DNA of 63,632 bases from Rhina ancylostomus (Eukaryota), in assembly GCA_030265395.1 (NCBI GenBank), contig JARFYF010000055.1, positions 16,513,204 through 16,576,835 on the forward strand. Direction: 5' to 3'. This document shows, piece by piece, positions 11,577 to 24,791 of this stretch. Each line of letters opens with the position of its first letter. Within the stretch, counting starts at the first letter, position 1. The position numbers were made by a program, and so were the translations under genes. Under the pieces are notes generated by a model. The model had not been told where the DNA came from and did no database searches. It saw nothing but the letters and a program-made list of their open reading frames with translations.

Positions 11577-14500
11577 TAACAGACACCAGGCTGTGGANNN
11601 NNNNNNNNNNNNNNNNNNNNNNNNNNNNNNNNNNNNNNNNNNNNNNNNNNNNNNNNNNNNNNNNNNNNNNNNNNNNNNNNNNNNNNNNNNNNNNNNNTTA
11701 AAAGAACAGACACCAGGCTGTGGACCAGGGTCTTTTAAATAATGAAGGTCTTCTTCAACAAGGAGCTGATCACTTGCAAACTAGGAGTTTTTAAAAAAAA
11801 ATCGGTATATGATAACTTTTTACCCTTGTCTGCAGCAGTTTTTTCAAAAAAATTTCCTTTGTAAGGGACTTCTAGTCCTAATTTTTGAAATGCAACGGTT
11901 ATCCAAAGGAAGGCAGCAACATTGCTGTAAATCATAATTTAGAAAATAGAATAGTTAAATCTGTTGAAGGGTAGAAATCTGATGACCTTGAAGATCCCTG
12001 TGGTGTATAGCTCGCATATATGAATATTAATACTAATTTAGATTTTCAAAGTGATAAGTGAATTGATAGTTTTTTTTAAGATATTCTGAAAAAAATGTCC
12101 AGAGACATACTAGACGGTCAATATCTAGTGGGTACAGAAACACGTGGAGCAATCTTTTGGGCCTATGTCTTTGTTGAAATGTAGAGCAGTCCGATGGCTT
12201 GTCATCAGTTCTGTTACTTGACCAAATACATTAATAAACTTGGATAGATATCACATGTCCCTAACAGCTTCCCATTAATATTGCATTGATCAATATTGTT
12301 CAACAAATGAGCATTGCAAACACCTGGCATCCCACACCTCACCATTCACATTAAGAGATTGGTCACAAACAGAGGATTTCAGTATGTTGTCACTACATCC
12401 ACCCATCCCCCACATTCGTTCATTGCCTAACCACCAGCCCCCTACCCCTATCTCTGCAACCACCACTTATTGCTTCTGCCCCTTTCAGTGCATTGTCTCC
12501 ACCACCACCTAAATTTTGGCCCCATCAATGGCCTCTTCCGGTGCCTCTGCAGCAACCCACCCTTGTCTGCCCACTTTCGGTGCATTTTCTACATACCCAC
12601 CTATGTTTTGCTCCCATTCCTGCCCACTCTCACTGCGATGTCACTGCGCCCCCCCCCGTCTGTACCCTTTCGGTGAGTTCTCACTGCACTCCCCACGCTC
12701 CCCTTTTGGTGTGTTCTTTCTGCATNNNNNNNNNNNNNNNNNNNNNNNNNNNNNNNNNNNNNNNNNNNNNNNNNNNNNNNNNCCTCCCACCCCAATTTTC
12801 AATATTTGCTCAAATCTCCATGCAATGTTTTGTCTCCCTAACTAGCCAACAACCCCCTCTCACTGTCTTTCCTCCCCTGATTGCTCGTCGCATCTTTCAT
12901 TCTCTTGTCTCTACTTGAACCACCACCCCTCCCCCTTCACTATCCAGTGTCTCTGTTCTTCTTTCCTCCAGCGTCATAGCCATTTTAACAGTATTAATGG
13001 AATATGAATGTAAATAGGTATTGAATATTGCCTCAAATTTGCTGCTGATAAAGATTGGGGATTAGGGAAGGGAAGGGTGTTCTTGTCCAGTTACTGACCT
13101 GACGATAGGCTTACAGGTCACTGATCCATTTCTCAATCAAAAGTTGCGATTGAAACTCCCATAATTATTGAATTCTAGAATTTACTGGATGCTTAATTAA
13201 CAACTATTTCAGGTTATCCATGTGTCCATTAGATGATCAGTGAACATTTTGACCTTTAGTCACAGATGCAGTCCACACTATAATGTTGGTTGTAGTATAT
13301 TCCTTTTTGATATTTAAAAATTCTTAATTCCAATCTGCTATGTTGAATATGTTCCATCATTCTAATCTGGTATTGTTTACTTTGTGCATGGAGTAATATT
13401 GCATTATATATGTTTCTTTTTTCCTGACTGAGTCAAGTTTTGTGTATTTGAAATAGTGATGGGGATTAACATTTACTTTAGCGAGTATGATATTCAGCCA
13501 TTTCATATTCTACTTTGTCTCCTGATATCATTGCCTCTGTCCACATGCAGTCTAAATGATATTTTGATTTTTGTAGTAGAGTTTTAAGTCCATGTTAATA
13601 GCATAGCAGAAGATGCTGAACTCGATCTTATCCAAGATTGCAAATTTCAACACATGCATCTTTGGTGGCATAAATTGGAGTGCTTAGAATAGTGACCACT
13701 GTGGTGAAATGTGGATAACCATATCCTTCTGATTTCATGTTGCACTTAGATTATTTGTTTAAATGTTTGTTAAAATGTTTAAAAAATCTTTTTCAGTTGT
13801 TGTTCTGTGATCCTCCTGACATCACAGCACCAGCTCTAACACAAAACAATGAAAGGTTCTGATGCTGAGCGAAACTGTGCAACTGTCGTGGGCTTAACCA
13901 CAGTTCTCAGCCAATCGGAATCCTCCTTTATCTTATTCAGAAATAAATGTTCAACTACCAGCAATCTACACGCATGGTAAGAAGCAACTCGAACATTTAC
14001 ACATTATCCATAATGAAGTATGAAACACTATTCTAATATGCTCAACGTTCAGTCTTCTAGTATCACTACTTTTTTTTCCCTCCTGTAGTAAAGATTTTTC
14101 TTGTCACTTGATTTATGCAAGGTATTTTCTTATGAAATTTGTTTTTAGCCACTTTCTGACAAATGATATTTAAAGGAATCCTGCTGTCATCATGGATAAT
14201 CAGCAGAATTGAGTGCACTTGGAAGCCATTTACTAGTATTTGCGGCATCAGTGTTGTCACTATTTTTATGAATATTATTGAAGATAATATTTCTAGATAT
14301 TTTACAAGTGCCATGCTTGTAATAGAATTTTTTGTTAAAAGTCACAATTACATTTATGCAATCCCAGTGACAGCAATGCTTACAAGAACCAAATAAGGTG
14401 GTCTTGGTGAATTACATTAGTTTAAACATTAGTCTGACCATTTTTGCCTTGCTCTCTTTACACAATTGTGACACACACTTGGAATCAAAGTATAATTATT

Positions 14501-15269
14501 ACAACCTAACAATTCTTCTGTAAGACAAGATCGAAGGACAGATGATAATTTTAACTTTTGTCACTTCACACAGGTTATAATTACTGTCAATTTCTCTGGG
14601 TCCTTGCAGTGGTTCACGAGGTATATTATTGATAGGTAAAAAAGTTCATTTTTCCCTTTGATTATGCATTTGTACCATCATTTAAAGTTAAGATCTGTTA
14701 ATCTGCTTTGCTCTTTTTGATATCATTAAATCAATTCTATTTAGGCATGCTATAGTAAAATGAAAGTATGTCATCTATTTTACTATGATGCAGATATTAA
14801 AAATATGCTTGTACCATTGGCATTAAAATGTTTGAACATATGGTGAGTACTTGCAACTGGATAAGTAACAGGAAACGGTGTAATTGTCAGAATGCTGAAG
14901 TAATGTGCCAAATTTAAATGTCAGAAAATCAAGCTTTTTACAAAAGTAACAACTTTTGCTAGTTTTTTTTAACAATTCAAATTGCTTCTGTAGCACTTTT
15001 GAAAGTAATACCATGTTTCCCTCAGAAGTAAATGCAATTTAGTTAACACATTGCAGTCATTTTCAGAAATAAACTTTCTATTAGCTTTGTTCAAAATTTC
15101 ATTAATTGTTAAATGAAATGTGCTAGCAAAGTTTTTTTTTCTCAGGTGGGTTGTGGTTGTTTACTATCCATCAAAGATAAATTCTGGTCTGTTTTGTAAA
15201 ATAAATTGATTGTTTTTCTCTGAAGTATTATATTTAAGGTCATGTTAAAATTTATTCCTGGGCTATGAT

Positions 15270-15510
15270 CATGGCAGGCATTCAATGCCCATTCTCAATT
15301 ATTCTTGAGAAAGTAGCAATGAGCCAGCTCCTTGAATTGCTACAGTCCTTGCTAAAGGTCTCCTGCAGGATCACCAGGTGAAGTGTTTCAGGTTTTAAAT
15401 GGAATGATAAACAGTGCTTTGCTGACAAATCAGGGTGGTGTGTGACTTGGAAGGGAACTTGCAGGTAGTGAAATTTCCACGCAACCATTGTTCTTGAATT
15501 TTGAGGTGAT
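15270..15510 (-). mobile_element. Old LINE 3'-end fragment (CR1/L2-like); related copy at about 19920-20170
   Basis: The two loci share blocks such as cttgag..gtg..gagc..ccttgaa and gtcagg..ggtgtgtgacttggaag. Confidence 0.5.
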
Positions 15511-17789
15511 TTAAAATGTTTCTGTTTGCAATTAGTTTAATTTTAGGTGTGAGCTAAAATTTTCTGAAAATATGGTTGTGATAAACTTTGAATCTTTGAG
15601 GCAAATTGTTTTTATCATTGATGTTGAAATGATTGAGAGTGGAGTTGAACTGAATCCCAGAGAGTGGAGATGGGCTTCCCTGCACAGAACCATTAAAAAT
15701 AATAAGAGAAAGATAAATTGCAATGTAGAATGTTACAAGAATCAGCGAAATGTCAGAAAGATGAATTAATGTGCTGAATTTGAAAGGAGCTGATTAAAAG
15801 AAATACCAACTGTAATAGGCACTTCTTAAAAGCTCAAATTGCTTGTGCAGGAAGTTAAAAATAAAAGTATGTTCTTTTCAAAAGGTGAATGCAATTTTAA
15901 GCCACATATTGCAATCACTGAAAAAAATGCCATTTTCTACAGTTAAGTGTATCTTCTAAAGGCCACAATATCCAAATTTCTCTGTTTCAAAATTAGTTAC
16001 TGAAATAGTTGTCTGTCCATTGAGATTTTATTTTGGTTGAACCCCAGGAAAGAAGATAGGCTCATACCATGTGGCTTGTGTAACGTTGATTCAGCTTTTT
16101 AGTCAGCACATGCCTTTAAAAGACTACTTGCTAAAAATAGCCAGCAATGAAGTACAAAAGAAGTTACATCGTCTATTGATGGTGCTTTTGTGAAATGCCT
16201 GTAATGTGGCATTGTAACTTTCACTGGCTTTCAGTGTGTGTGTAAAATATTGCTTTAAACTTTACACATCACTAAAACTTACAGAAAGTTTGGCAAGTTA
16301 CGAGACAGTTGATTAAGTCTTCTCTTCCTGAAAAATACCAGATTGATAATTCATACAGTATGGGAAAGTTACTAGTTGAAACAAACTCTTGGGAGGTATG
16401 CACATGAATAGCAATAAACATTTACTTGGGGTTTCGCTTCTGTAATCATGAAACACTAGATAGGAGATTGGTAGCACCAACTATACTGAGATCGTGCAAG
16501 AAAAATATTTACCTGCTAATACTTATTTGATTGATTTTAAATATGAGATGCCCTAGATGTAAAAATTTCAGGAGTCAAAATAATTAATTCAAAGTTAGAG
16601 TAGAAATTCATCCTAATTGCTTGTGTTCAGTATATAATCTATAGAAGTATCGTGCTTCTTGCTTCCAAAATTAGGTTGCACTGACTTTTGTAGAGCCCAG
16701 TTGTGGATGTGGATTATAATGCACAACCGCTGTTATGTCATGCACTTAGCATAAGTGAATGAAGATGAATTTCTTTGTGTTCTTTTTTGGTTTAAGGGAA
16801 GCAAACTACTTGGGTCTGATTTTGTTAAGTTTTCAAGGAACAAGGAGTGGAAGTACAATTATATTTCTTCTTTTCCTCTCTCTCTCTAGCCAGTGCAAGC
16901 AAACTTTCATGGAAATTTAAATATTATTAAGTTGATATGCTGAAACTGATCTGGTTACCATAAATCTGTACAAGGATAACAAGAAATTAAATTGGAAGAC
17001 ATGAATTTCCATCTGCTTAATTTGCTGTTGTTCATTATAGTTAATAGATCTTGAAACTTATCTGAAATGTATTTGTTTTACAATCTTAAATGGTTAAGTC
17101 TCGTTTTATATTTCTTTATACTGTTAAATCATTCAAACTACTACATCAATTGCTATAGTATGATCCCCAGTTGATGACATAATCCTTTTCAATCAGAAAC
17201 ATTTACAGAAAGGTGTTTATGATTAGATACTGTGACAGTGTAAAGTTGGGTGACTGTGGATTCTACCTAACATGCAGAAAGAGTGAAAATGCAGTGTATT
17301 TGATGTCACTCTACAATCAGATGCTGGATTATTAGAGTCTTACTGTATCTGTAACTTCATGTTTCACAATTTCTTATGATTGTAGGCCATGGTGGTAAGG
17401 TCACTCTGGCAGCAAATCTCAACAACATATCCCTGAGTCTCTGGCAACAACAATGTCCAAACATTAATAAAATGCAAATTTGTATGTTAAAATGAAACCA
17501 GCTTCAATTAGGCTGCTCTGAATATGACTACATGAAGGCTGCTATCCCCAAAATATTTCTTGAAATATTATCAAATTTCCCAGTGTAATTTTATTAATTC
17601 TGCTTTCCATTGAATTGAGTGAAATTGTTTTGGGGAGCAGGGATAAGTAGTAGTAAATCAGTTGCATTTATACACTGTAAGCTTTATTTGTTAGGCTTCT
17701 ACTGAATATATTGGGAAAATGGTGTTTAGAAAATTTGTGAATGGAAATCAATAGAAGCTTTTCACGGAGTAATGCATGTAATCACAATT

Positions 17790-18140
17790 AGAGTGTGATA
17801 GACAGAGGGAGACAGGCCCTCTGACCACTGACTTCACGCTGACCATTTACAACCTGTTTACAATAATCCTATGTTAATCTTATGTTTTATTCTCATATTC
17901 TCATCAAACCCTCCTACCCCCACAAATTTCTACCACTCACCTACACACTAGGGGCAATTTACAGTTGTCAATTAGCCTACTAGCCCACACAGGACAGGAC
18001 ACTGGAGCACCTGGTGGAAACCCCCAAGCAGTCACTGAGAAAACATGAAAACTCCACTCAAATAGCACCCTAAGTCAGGATTGAACCTGGGTCTCTGGAA
18101 CTGTGAAGTAGCGTCTCTACTAATTGTACCACTGTGCTTA
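17790..18140 (-). mobile_element. V-SINE/HE1-like tRNA-derived SINE
   Basis: Shares ctacacactaggggcaatttacag and ggagcacc..gaaaccc blocks with copies at 32250, 34040, 39640 and 54590. Confidence 0.75.
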
Positions 18141-19186
18141 GCAAAGTGTGGAAATATTTCTTTTGCTGACTTTCACAGACATTTGAGGATGATTTTAAAA
18201 AAAGGAAATGGCTGTGCTTGTTGCAAACAGTACATAAATCAAAAAGTGAATATTAGCAATAAAGTGATTTACTTGAAACCTTTCAGAATATGTAATGCTC
18301 TGATGCTTTTGAAATTTTATTTTACAGCGGAATAGTAGAACTAGATATACACCAAGTGGTTTTGAAATGTTCTCTTCCAATAGGGGTGAAGTGGTATAGG
18401 AAATACAAACATCATGAGAGTTTGTAGTCATGAGATTTTACATATTATTCTGCATTTGAATAATGTTTTCCATCCATTCTCTTAGATTTCACGTTGCATC
18501 TTATTTGACAAAGGCAGAAGGTCTGCCTGTGTTATAGGATCAGAAACTTATGGCTTTGACTTTATTGCTCATCATAATTATCAGTTCTTGTCTATACATC
18601 AATTCCATATCTTCTCTAGACACTCGTATACTTTCAAGAATAAGAGCTTATTTGTGGGAAATCAAGAATAGGATTCATTGAATCGCTATGGCATTAAATA
18701 AGGCTATTCTGCTCATCAAGTCTGTACTGGCTTTGTCAAGCAATCCTGTACCATAAAAAGATAAAATCTTGCACTTTTGTATTGTGTTCATTTGGGCCAT
18801 TCAGTGTTAATAGTCTGTTGGTTATGTTGACATGGCCAATTTTCAGAAGTGAACTACATTTTCAACCAATCAGTTAATAATTCTGGCAAGTTGTGCCAGA
18901 TCCCTGTAACTTGTCTTTAGTACAGATCATGAACAAGAATTACTAATTTTTTTGACCCTTGAACAGTATGTTGATATTGTCCAAAATTACTGGGAAACAG
19001 ACTTTCTTCCCAGTATTGAAATAATATTGTAGCTTATCAGTAAAATGCTTTAAGTGTGTTTACTGGGCAGGATCAAGAGAAAGAAATTTGTCATGGAGGG
19101 AGCAGAACAGCAATTTATTAAGCAGTGCAACTTTTTTCTATTCTATGAGACCCTGTTAACTCTAGCTTTGGTTGGAAAACTATTGA

Positions 19187-19414
<228 letters not shown>

Positions 19415-20182
19415 TGACAGAGTAAAATATAATCTTGGATCTCTTGCTGTCCTCCCTGATTCAATACCCTTGTAGGTTTGCATGTTTTGAAGATTAATTA
19501 CATTGTTAGAAAGCCGCTCCAGTCTAGAAGAATTCTGCCCTGGAAATACACAAAGGTACTGTATATTAGTACCAGTTGAGTGAACAGCAATATAAAAACC
19601 TTAGGTCAAAGAAACATCAATTATTTCTGTAGCCAGGTTTTGTTGAAAATATAGGAACTTTTGAACAAGACATACCCAAATGCAACAATAACCAACAACC
19701 GGTAGAAAGCAGTAGCCAGAGAATTATGAATTGGCTTAATTTTTATCATTTTGTGCTGTTCCACTATTATCTTCATCAGAAAATGATATCTTGCAGCTTA
19801 TATCTCCCTGTGAGTTTTCATGATGTTACACTTTAATCATCTATTGTTTATCTTGGTATGATGTATTGATTCTGAAATGGTTTGACATACAGGTTGGCTG
19901 CCATCACTGCTATTTTTTTTGGACATGTGAGTATTGCAGGTAACACAAGCATTTATTGTCCATCTTTCAACTGCCCTTGAGTAGGTGATGGTGAGCTTCC
20001 TTGAACCGACATGGTCCTAGTGAAAGTGCTCCTACAGTGGTGTTGGATAAAGAGTTCTAGAATTTAGATCCTATGACAATGAAAGTCAGGATAGTATGCA
20101 AGTTGGAAGAATCCTAAAGATAGTGAAGCACTTTCTGCTCTTGATCACCTTGGTGATGGAGGTCATGGGTTTGAGATGAATT

Positions 20183-20428
20183 CAGGTGAATGTAAAAGAT
20201 CCCATGAACTAATTTGGAGTTTTGGCTAATATTATCCCTTACTCAAAGCACAATAACCTATTAAATGGGTGTTATCATTATTGCTGTTCTATAGGAGCAT
20301 GCTTTCTGCAAAATTAGCTGCTGTGCTTGCTACATTACAAAAGTATCTACTTCATAAATGCTTTGAAATATTGGCTGTAATGTTGTTTGGAATCTGCTGT
20401 GATTATGAAAGGTGATATATAAATAAAA
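20183..20428 (+). mobile_element. Deu-domain SINE (SacSINE1-like), central and 3' part
   Basis: tcaggtgaatgtaaaagatcccatg, attgctgtt..ggagc..gct..gcaaaattagctgc, tacattacaa, tgaaaggtgatatataaat match the recalled consensus. Confidence 0.65.
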
Positions 20429-20698
20429 AAACTAAAATAATTATAAGTATGGAATCTTGTTTCTTGAGATGATGAATTGTTTCATATAAAAATAGTCAAT
20501 TTCTGTGATTGGATATTAAATTCACTCACTTTCCTTTTTAATCATTCCTTGTTNNNNNNNNNNNNNNNNNNNNNNNNNNNNNNNNNNNNNNNNNNNNNNN
20601 NNNNNNNNNNNNNNNNNNNNNNNNNNNNNNNNNNNNNNNNNNNNNNNNNNNNNNNNNNNNNNNNNNNNNNNNNNNNNNNNNNNNNNNNNNNNNNNNNN

Positions 20699-20965
<267 letters not shown>

Positions 20966-22086
20966 TGAGTACTCTAAATCTGTAGGTGTTTAAATTGCAT
21001 TTTAATTTGCATCCAACTGACATCTTGTATTAAAAAGCTAATTGTTTTCCATTTCCAGAGTAGTAAATTTAGAAGATTAACTGAAGCATTTTGTATTGTA
21101 ACATTTTAACGTGCTAATTTGGGCCATTCAGTGTTTTTTTGGTTGCCCCTTTTTCCTTCTGTTCTTCTCTATGTTTTTTAAATTTCACTCTTTTCCTTTG
21201 CATTTTTTTTAGCTTTTTCAAATAGCTTAAGGTACTGTCTTTTTGGATCTCAGTACCTATTTGATAATTGGGTCTTGCATTTTGTAAACTGGAAGAAGTT
21301 TAAAAGTCAACACAAACGATTTTGTTTTGCTATTCAAGGCATAAAAGTAGAAATAAGTGTCACATTGGAATGATTTGGAGAGATTGCAGACAGGAATTAA
21401 GTGTTGGTGTTTAGTGCTGCTTTGTGCTGCCTGAAGAGTAAAGTAAGCTTTTAAATTTCAAGTATACCACCATTATTTTATCAAGAAATTGATTTAAGGT
21501 CACGTCATCAATTTACTTTTTGGGCCATGAATATCAATGCCTAAATGTGATGCACGGGTCTGCTCAGTTGTGCCGAGAAAGCTAACTACTTGCACCATGT
21601 AAGATTTACTTTGGGGGTACAGTTAGGAGATGTAAAGAATTATTCTTATTTCACCCATATCTCCAGCAAGAAACCTCATTGTTTCGACGTGGCTACTGAA
21701 TACACACAGTTTATTAATGATTCTATATTGAATTGTCTGCTCTAAAGGCAGACAACTGCAAGGAATTGACAGTTTCCCTAAATACAAGTGTCCATTCTGT
21801 TAGCCTCCTGTTTATTTTTCATCTTTTTTGACTGTTCAGTTTCAGACTCAGGATTGTGCTATTGTTAAAGTTCATAGATTATGTGAGGAAGGATGTAGAA
21901 ATGTTTTATCATGGAGAAGAAAGAAAGAGATATTTACAGAGAGGTTCGGTTGAGACTTAACCTATTAAGATGTTGCAGATTAAATCATTCATAGTTATTA
22001 CATAATTATTTTCAAGAAAAGAGTATGTGATGATCATGGAACTTGCATTATTTTTGAGCATCACTAAATATTGCTCAACTGTTTAA

Positions 22087-22236
<150 letters not shown>

Positions 22237-22462
22237 TGAAATCTGATACATATGTGGCCAGAGGTATACTTTTCTGTCTTATGAGAAGGATGATACGATC
22301 AACAACATTCTGTGATTTATGTACTGTGGGTATTATTTTCAAGTTTTCTTTAAACTTAAGGACTTCAGTATAATGCTTAATTATTCTTGCATGCTAGTTC
22401 AATATTCTGAAGTTTCCCTGTTGGATTTAAATCTTCCTGATGGTCATTTTTCCCATTCTTGG

Positions 22463-23560
22463 CATCATGGTATTGCACAGCACAGAAATGGGCCCTTCAG
22501 CCCACCACATTCATGCTGACATTTTTGTCCATCTACATTAATCCTATTTGCCCGTGTTAGGTCCATATCCTTCCATGTCTCACCTTTTCAACTGTCTGTC
22601 TAAATATCTCTTACATGTGATTGATCCTGATTCCACTGTCTCCTTTGGCATTCTACCAGATGTCATCTACTTTCTATGTATAAAATAAATCCCCTTTAAA
22701 ACTTCTCATTTTCATTTTAAACCTATGACATATTGCTTTTGATACCCCTACCATGGGAAAAAGAGTATGACAATCTCCCCTATCTATGCCTTTTATAATT
22801 TTGTAGCTCTCTGTCAGGTCACTCTTCAGCCTCCTTCACTCCAGAGAAAAGCCCAGCCTATCCAATCTCTCCGCAGAACTAAAGTTCTCAAATCCAGACG
22901 ATATCCTGGTGAATCTCCTCTGCACTCTGTTTAGCACAACCACATCTTCCTATAGTCTGGCAACCAGAATGGCGCACAATACTACAAGTGCAGTAGTTTT
23001 ATAATGTTGCAACATAACATCCCAACTTTTAAATTCTGTTCCCTGACTTAAAAAGGCAAGCATGCCATATGTCTTCTTGATTATCTTAACTACCCATATT
23101 GGTACTTTCACAGAACTATGAACTTGAACCCCAAAGTTCCTCTATTCATCAACATTCCTTAGTACCCTACCATTTACTATATATGCCCTACACCTATTTG
23201 ACTTCTCAAAATGCATCACCTTGCATTTGTCAAGATTAAATTCCATCTGCCAAGACTCTGCCCAACTTTCCATGTGATCTCTGTCCTGCTGTAGCTTTGG
23301 ACAATCACAGATTCGTGGAGTTGTACAACATGGAAACAGGACCCTTGGCTCAACTCGTCCATCTCAACAAAGGTGCCTATCCAATCTTATCCCATTTGCT
23401 TGCATTTAGCTCAAATCCATGTACACCTTTCCTACCCATATGTCTTTAAATGTTGTAATTGTACCTGGCTCTACCACCACCTCTGGCAGATTCTTCCATG
23501 TACCCAACCACCCTCTGGGAGGAAAAACTTCCTCCTCAGGTCCCCTTCAAATCTTTCTCC
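22463..23560 (-). mobile_element. Two tandem CR1-like LINE 3' fragments
   Basis: Typical CR1 blocks (atcctggtgaatctcctctgcactct, attaaattccatctgcca); second 3' end begins near 23308. Confidence 0.75.
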
Positions 23561-24524
23561 TCAACAGTCCCTGTTGATGTCTACTACTCTGTATTCATCA
23601 ATCTTTTGAATTCTTCCAGTTAACTCTCAACATGAGTCAGTATTTTGATTCCTACTGCATGGCTACCTAGTTAGTGTTAATGGCAGTGTGTGGCATTGCC
23701 TTTCTCAACTTGATTGTAGTTGGACATTAAAATAAAAGCAATGATCTTTGTTTATTGGAAATATTTGCACAATTTAGTGATAAGGGTGAGTTCTTTTGGA
23801 AATGGAGAGAGATGCAAATAATTACTGTATTTACATTTTGAAAAAGCTCCAGAATTGAGGAGTGAAATATGATTACATTTCAGCTCAAACGTTATCTTCT
23901 TTATTTTTCTCTTCCTATGGAACTCTTGCTGTTCACATCTTTACTGGCATAAGAAGTGAAGTGTTTCAGTATTGGTGAAGGCAGTTTTTTAATCTTTTTA
24001 GTATAATTTTCTAGTTTACTTTGAAAATATTAAAGCAGGTGACTTTTACAATCCTATAATTGCCATCAGAGCAATAATGGTTCTGTACCTTCACAAAAGA
24101 CGGTGATAAATTTGAAAGTATTTAGAGAATCAAGATATATGGGGTTGGTGCAGGAAAATGGTATTGAAGTTAAAAATCAGCAATGATATCATTGAATGGC
24201 AAAGAAGGTACAAGGTGCAATAGTCTACTCCTTCTGTTTCCTATGTTGTCATGACAATAAAAGGGGTTCTAGGTATTTTACTGAACTAAATAGTGCCCAT
24301 TTAAATTTGGCATAAGAGAGGTATCCCAGGTATGAAAACAAATTCAATTTTTTCAGATGATAGAATTTCATGCTGCTTTTTGTGAGAGTTTTGAAAAATT
24401 TGAGTGTCCTTTATAAGGAATATAGACCTTGTGCACTCCCACAACAATGAAAGAAATATTTACTGCAAAATAGGATACAGAGTAGAGAAAGGGTGAGCAG
24501 CACAAAATTCCTTCCTAGCCTTGA

Positions 24525-24791
<267 letters not shown>

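Noticed and set aside
11578-11725. Direct repeat acagacaccaggctgtgga on both sides of an N run
   Set aside because: Identical sequence flanking a roughly 100-N gap suggests unmerged contig overlap, not a biological repeat or CRISPR
13857-13910. CTGATGCTGAGCGAAAC resembling a hammerhead core
   Set aside because: Lacks the conserved A of CUGANGA and no stem I forms after the putative cleavage triplet
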